DNA of 64,000 nt from the NCBI RefSeq assembly GCF_009914755.1, contig NC_060944.1; one strand, given 5' to 3'. The notes beneath the pieces were generated by a model. It was given only the letters and a program-made list of their open reading frames with translations, was not told where the DNA came from and did not search any database. The position numbers and the translations under genes were made by a program. Source of the stretch: the human T2T-CHM13v2.0 reference genome, Homo sapiens. Below are positions 57,756 through 64,000 of this stretch, in pieces (position 1 is the first letter of the stretch; each line of letters begins with the position of its first letter).

Positions 57756-58432
57756 CCACATGAATCTATTTTGGGGTAAATGGTGATGCATGCTGTGGTT
57801 GCTCAGCAAGTGTGCATGCATTTATTTGCCTAGACACTCATGGATGAACACCAGACACCTTCTCAGTCAGATTCTTAGTTGCAGACAGCAGTGTACCCTC
57901 TAGTAAATCTGAGTGGAAAGGGATTCAGTAAAAGGTATTGGGATGCTCAAAGACCTCTGGAAAGTCATGTATTTAGGTGCGGATGCAACTCAGCTGTGAA
58001 CAGAGCAGCCAGAGATGCAAGGAAACCTCCGAACAACCTCAGCAGAAATGCCATCTCCTGCCACTCAGCACACATGATGTTAGGGCCTGGACAACTGAAG
58101 CTCCAGCACAGCTACCCCATCCCAGTGTACAGGGCCTCCACCTTCTGTTGCTGTAGGCTGTAGCAGGTCACACAGGGAGACTTAGTGTCAGGGAATGCTG
58201 AGAAGTGAGGTGTTCATATTTTGAGCCTCCATGGCACTGGAAGGTGCTAGAATGGGGTTGGAATGGGAGCCGCATGAGCTCATCTGCAGTGTAAGCCAGC
58301 AGTTCTGTCATCCTTCCACCCTGAATGAGTCCTGGAGAAGGGCAAACATCTAGGTTCACACACTTATGGTAGAATGTTCTACTTAGAATTGCCTGCAACA
58401 TGGATCTTTATTAGTTTTTAAAAATAATGATA

Positions 58433-58702
58433 CGCCTATAATCCCAGCACTTTGGGAGGCTGAGGCAGGCAGATCACTTGAGTTCAGGAGTTCAAAACCA
58501 GCCTGGCCAACATGGTGAAAACCCCTCTCTACTAAAAATGCAAAAATTAACCAGGCATGGTGGTGTACGCCGGTAGTACCAGCTACTCAGAAGGCTGAGG
58601 CAGGAGAATCACTTGAACCCGGAAAATGGAGGTTGCAGTGAGCACTCCAGCCTGGGCAACAGAGCAGGATTCCATCTCAACAACAACAACAACAAATAAC
58701 AT
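58433..58702 (+). mobile_element. AluS, slightly 5'-truncated, with a ~17-nt internal deletion and (CAA)n tail
   Basis: Starts at CGCCTATAATCCC; GCAGTGAGCACTCCAGCC; TSD AAATA(A/G)TGATA. Confidence 0.9.
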
Positions 58703-59394
58703 AAATAGTGATAATGATTTCAGGTCTGAATGTGGACATAGAATAATTTTGCTTGAAATTACTTTTCCTCCTAGATACTCCTCCTAGATTCCTCTATTTA
58801 TTTTCAAAATAGTAGGGAATTTTGTTTTGAGTATTAACCTAATTCTCTTGGGGAAAGTTGTGTACCTAGAGAAAGGAAAGGATTTCCAAATCACTGCCAG
58901 TTTGGGGAAATACCTAAAAAGGACAAGTGCCTTTGGTTCAGGCCAGTACTTTGGCCACAGAGCCAGCGGTCATTTTGAGAAAGATATTCTCCCCTCTCTG
59001 CCCCAGAAGGTCCCTCAGAAGCAGAGCTTCAGGAGGATTTCTGGAAATGTGTTTGGCTAGATGGCGTTGCCAGGAAAAGTCAGCAGGACAAAAGCAAGTG
59101 GGACTGCAGAGGGAAGGAGGATAAGCAGGGGAAAATCCCTGCAGGGAAGCAGCAGCTCCAACAGCAGGGAGCTTGCAAGTCGCACCTTAGAACTGCTCTC
59201 CAGCAGCCTGAGGATGGCCTCTGACCGGGATACACAAGTGCTGGCCACTGCATGTGCGAACACCCGAGAGCCGATGTGTATGAAGGTGACTAGGTATCCA
59301 TGAGCATCTGACAGCATCAAAATAACCTGCATCCACATGTAATGGGTGTGTCTGTGTGCATGGAGGAAAGGAGTAACCTTGGGAATAACTTCCA

Positions 59395-59625
59395 CTCTAA
59401 AGGACCCACCATGTGCCAGGCACCATGGAAACAAGACAAATACACATGCTTCCTCTAATGGTTTCAATAGCCCCATGAACCAAGGGCCAGTTTTACACAT
59501 GGGGAAACTGAGGATGGGGAGGCAAAACAATTTGTCCACCACCAGCAGGAAACACTCCAACACTAGTAAGTGCTGGAGTTTGGATTTGAACAGGAGTCTA
59601 TCTGAAAATATATATTCTCTCTTAA
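59395..59625 (-). mobile_element. MIR
   Basis: ATGTGCCAGGCAC..TTTTACACATGGGGAAACTGAGG..GGATTTGAAC. Confidence 0.75.
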
Positions 59626-59791
59626 CTATTAAAATCTCCTAATAGATGATAGACAGGTAGACAGACAGACAGACACATATAATACTTCCTTTGTATATGT
59701 GTTGATATCTATATCTACATGTGCATAAACAGATGAACATTGATTTTGAGCCTTAGCACCTGTGTTGACATTGATTAAGTAAAAACCATAG

Positions 59792-60155
<364 letters not shown>

Positions 60156-61039
60156 GCCTTCAAATTTATTGAGATCCTTTTCTCCTCGTTCCACATTAGC
60201 AAGCGTTGCAAAGGCTTTTAGTCACACAAAGGCAGATAAAGCAAGCCCCAGAATCCTGCTCCACGCTCTGAGCCCCACGGTGGTGGGAAATCCTGCAGGC
60301 TCCTGGAATGTGCCTGGAGGAGTGGGCTGAGGTCCAATCAGGCAGCGCTCAGCCTCCACACCCATGACAGAGTAGAGGTCCTGCGGTCACGGGCCAAGGC
60401 CATCAGGGTGCTGGGGTGGTGGTCCACTCTGACTGCCCATCTGAGCGCCTCACCCTTCATGGTGCCACATAGGGGAGTCACAGCACAGCAAGGCTTGGAG
60501 CACAATGAAAAAGCTTTGCACCTGTGGGCCCCCTTGGGAAGACCATCTCAAAAGTCAGTGGTGGATTCCCTCTGCAGCCCCTTGCCCAGCCACAGAACAG
60601 AAGCAAGGTGGCTCTCGACAAGTGGGAAAATTGAGTAATGCCCCTTTCCCTGGCTTCAGGGGTTTGCTTGTGTACATGCGTGTGCATGTACATGTATATT
60701 AGGGCGTCTGTGTGTGCCTGTGTGCATATGTTGTGTGGTGGATTGACATGTACTTAGCTGCAGGTGTTCAGGCATGCCCTCACATATAAATAGGATGCCT
60801 AAGCAAGTGCCACAGCCCAGCCTGGTATTTCCCTGTACCTGGTGCACTGGCACTTAGAATATTTCTTGACTGATAGATTGAGCTTGCCAATAATCCACTT
60901 GGGGTGATTTATGCTGGCATTTCCCTGTGATCTCAAGGTGAGTAGACATAAAATCTGAGTGGCTTATACAAGTAAACATGGCCTTCAGAGGAGATGGGCT
61001 GACAGGTAGCTGGAGGGCCTGAAAAATCACACCAGCTCA

Positions 61040-61460
61040 GGCCAGATGAAGGAGAGGTCCAATTTCCCCAGGTCCTTTATGTTTTTGTCAAATGGGGATC
61101 CATCTTCAAGTGATGTTGGGGCAGGGTTCTCCAAAGAAGGGCAGCGAGGGAAGGAAGAGGGACAGGAAGGAGCTGAACAGGAGCAGGTTCGAGCTGCAGT
61201 CTGGCTTTACCCTGATCCCTGGGGGAGCTTTGGAACAAACTGCACCACAGTCTCACCTTGCGAGGGGCTGGCCTTTGTACCCTGAGCCAGTCACTGTTTA
61301 TTGGGGGTGGGTGGATGGGCTGTAATCTCCTAAGATGCTTCCATGATCCAATGACAATTTTCCAAAATGGGGGTAGCTCGAAGCTGAGACAGCTGACTTC
61401 CCTGGCAGCTGAAGGCTGTGCACACTGGCCAATAAGGGATCTGAGTGGGGTCTGACCAGT
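61040..61460 (-). mobile_element. LTR16-like ERVL fragment
   Basis: CCTGATCCCTGGGGGAGCTTTGGA..GGCTGGCCTTTGTACCC..CAGTCACTG. Confidence 0.5.
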
Positions 61461-62679
61461 ATCAGAGTGATTTGCAGGTAAGGATTAAGCCAAGGGTAGT
61501 CATTAAAACTAATGACAATTGTTTTGGTGTAACTAACTTTATGTCATCTCCAAATAACCTAGTAATTTTTATTAATTGCAAAAGCTAAGAACTTCCTGAG
61601 TAAATTATCTCCTGCTCCATCCACTGTCACCAACAATATAGAAGTAGTTTTGACAGTATTTGTCTATCAACTTCCAATTTACTGACAGGAGAAGCATGAT
61701 TAATTAAGACATCTGAATTCCATCATTAAAAAAATGAGGTTTCTTATTTTAAGAAGGCATTCAGGGCAAGAGGTGAGTTAAGACTATGTGTAGCATTAGC
61801 ATTCTAAATTCTCCTTTTACATTATAAGTTTTGCACTTCTTTTGTGAAATTTATTCCAAAATATTTTATTCATTTTTATACTAGTATAAATGCAATTATT
61901 TTTTAAATTTGATTTTTGGATTGTCTATTGCAAGTTTCTAGAAATACAACTGAGTTTTATGTATTGATGGTGAAGCCTGTGCCCTTGCTGAATAGAATTG
62001 AATCTTGAAGCTAGTCATCTGAGTTCTTCTGGGCCTCTCTATCTGATGCCATAATGAGAGGCATAGGGAAAAGGTGTTGGAAGGCAGGGCAGTGGGAGGG
62101 GCAGGGGCTGCCTAATGACAATGTCCAAATGCTAAAAGAAAGTACGTACTCAGCTAGACATCACACTGGAGGTTACTTTTCTCATTGAAAGACCATCAGC
62201 ATTAACTATGCCGCAAGGCATGCAGACAATGAGAAAAAACTCAGAGCCTGCTGGCCAGGGAAAGCAATGCTTTCAGAAAACAGAAAGCCAGATGATGGAT
62301 ACCAAAGTGCCCTGGAAGTGGAGATACCAGTGTCAGGGGTGGGGGTGGTGGAGAAATCCTCTCTGAGCTTATGGGAGGAAAGGAAAATCTCCCTAGAAAT
62401 CACTAGTTGAGGACTCTGTCATTCGAGTAACTAACAGACAGAAAACTCACAGATAGTAACAAAAAGTGTTCAGAACTAGGGAAGTTAGTATTCAATTCAC
62501 ATCATTCTGGGCCACAAAAGTTTATGCCCATAGAGTAGAATAAGACTGGGTTTGAATGGAGGCAGTTCCACGGCTGCACTCGGATGGTGTTGGTTCCTTA
62601 CTTGTTCCCCAGGAGTCCAGACATGATGAGAAGGACCCACAGTATTGTACTTGGTATTTTGTTGTTGTTTCAGGGAAGA

Positions 62680-63082
62680 CAAGTGAGGCCATGCTGTGAA
62701 GACCACCTCAAGATTTCAGGGCTTCAAACAACAAAGGCTGTTTCTTGCTCACAATGTATGTCCACCACAGGTCAGCATGAGGTGGGGGGTTTCTGCCCAT
62801 CATAAGGTACTCAAGGACCTAAGCTGATAGAGGTTTCATCTCTTAGAAGGACAGAGGCTTCATCTCAACAGATGTTTCTGCGGAGATAGGGAAGAGGCAC
62901 AGTTAGTCATGTGCTAGTCCTTAAAGCTGCCAACCAGGAGAGACATGTGATGTTCTGCTCACATTTCAATCAGTAAAGGAAGCACGTGGTCTTCTCTAAT
63001 GCAAAAAGGGCGTTCAAATTCTACCTCCCTATGTGCCCAGAAGGAAATCCAGAGTATTTGTGACTAGCTCCAATGACTATCA
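62680..63082 (-). mobile_element. MLT1J/K-like LTR
   Basis: AAACAACAAAGGCTGTTTCTTGCTCAC..GCTCACATTTCA..ATGTGCCCAGAAGGA. Confidence 0.65.
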
Positions 63083-64000
63083 GTATCCACTCTCCTGCTC
63101 ACTAAATATTTGATTCCATTTCTTTCTATATTTGTTTTCCAAACGAAACAACTTAGACATTCCATGGATATATTGAAGGTGACACAAGAGAACCAAGAAT
63201 TCCAAAGGGGAGCAGTGGCCAGGGCAGACCTATTTTTTCTATGTCCTGGTTTTCACTTTGCTGCCATTCACAGGGACGATCAGGAACTCGGGTACCATTC
63301 ACAGCCAGAGGAGCCACAGCCCGCAGCTGTCAATCACTTGTGGTTAAGGCCCTGCAGGGGTTTGGTCTCTAGAAATTCCCTGTAGTCGAGTTTTCAGTTT
63401 GAAAAATTGTGCAGAACATCTTCCAACTCTTCTTAAAGCCGCTAAACAAAATTAGCCCGGTCTCACGGTGCAAAGAGAGATGGGAAGCCCTGGAAGAAGA
63501 GCAATCCCGCCCATCTGTAAACCTCTGGAGTATATGGGTTTAAAGGGTTGAGCCCAGGGATCTGGGACCCACCCAGGCAACAGAGCCAGGTTGGCTCTGG
63601 GTGTGAACTGAGCTTCGCAGAGGGGGCTGGCTGCTCCTGCTTCTCGGTTCCCTCCACCTCTCTCTCTGCCCCTTGGGGGTCAGGATGGGTGGAGAAGGCC
63701 ATGCCAAAGATTGAGAGCTCTGCCTTTCCCATCTCAAGTGGTCCTGGGCTCACTGCTCACATGCCAACGGACACCCGCCTCAGGCGAGAAGCTCTGATGA
63801 CTCTGATATTGTTTTCCAGCTTTTCCAACTCACCTTTCTGCTGAAGGACACAAGGCTGCTCCTCCAAAGCCCTCTGGCAGAACAGTCTTCTGGGTTAGGT
63901 CTCAGGTTTGCTGGATGGCTTTGGTTGGTATAACCAGATTCATGAATGGACAGGCCCAGATGCCTGCCCTGTGTGACCAGGTTATGATCCACAAGCAGAA

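Noticed and set aside
59057-59563. 168-aa Leu-rich minus-strand ORF
   Set aside because: Begins in a MIR; no recognisable homology

Overview
Primate (very likely human) non-coding, repeat-rich genomic DNA. I recognise no intact protein-coding exon, rRNA, tRNA or CRISPR array. Most of the window is LINE (L1, L2), SINE (Alu, MIR), LTR (MaLR, ERVL, ERV1) and DNA-transposon remnants. Repeat subfamily names come from remembered consensus sequences and are approximate. The main feature is a nested retrotransposition cluster at about 37.5-47.2 kb. An old L1MC-type element hosts a processed KRT18 pseudogene (minus strand, 38016-39423) and, about 530 bp away, a full-length but inactivated L1PA4-6-like element (plus strand, 39953-46069). 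The antisense promoter region of that L1 points into the pseudogene. Its ORF0 is open, and splicing from the ORF0 nt-191 donor to a strong acceptor 1 nt before the KRT18P ATG would give an in-frame ORF0-KRT18 fusion of 319 aa, ending at the pseudogene's intact AATAAA. This is the best candidate for an undescribed system; it is a sequence-based hypothesis with no expression evidence. Other points: a twin-primed inverted L1 with a perfect TSD, four fold-back palindromes that have overwritten repeat sequence, two minisatellites born inside old repeats, and two inverted Alu pairs.
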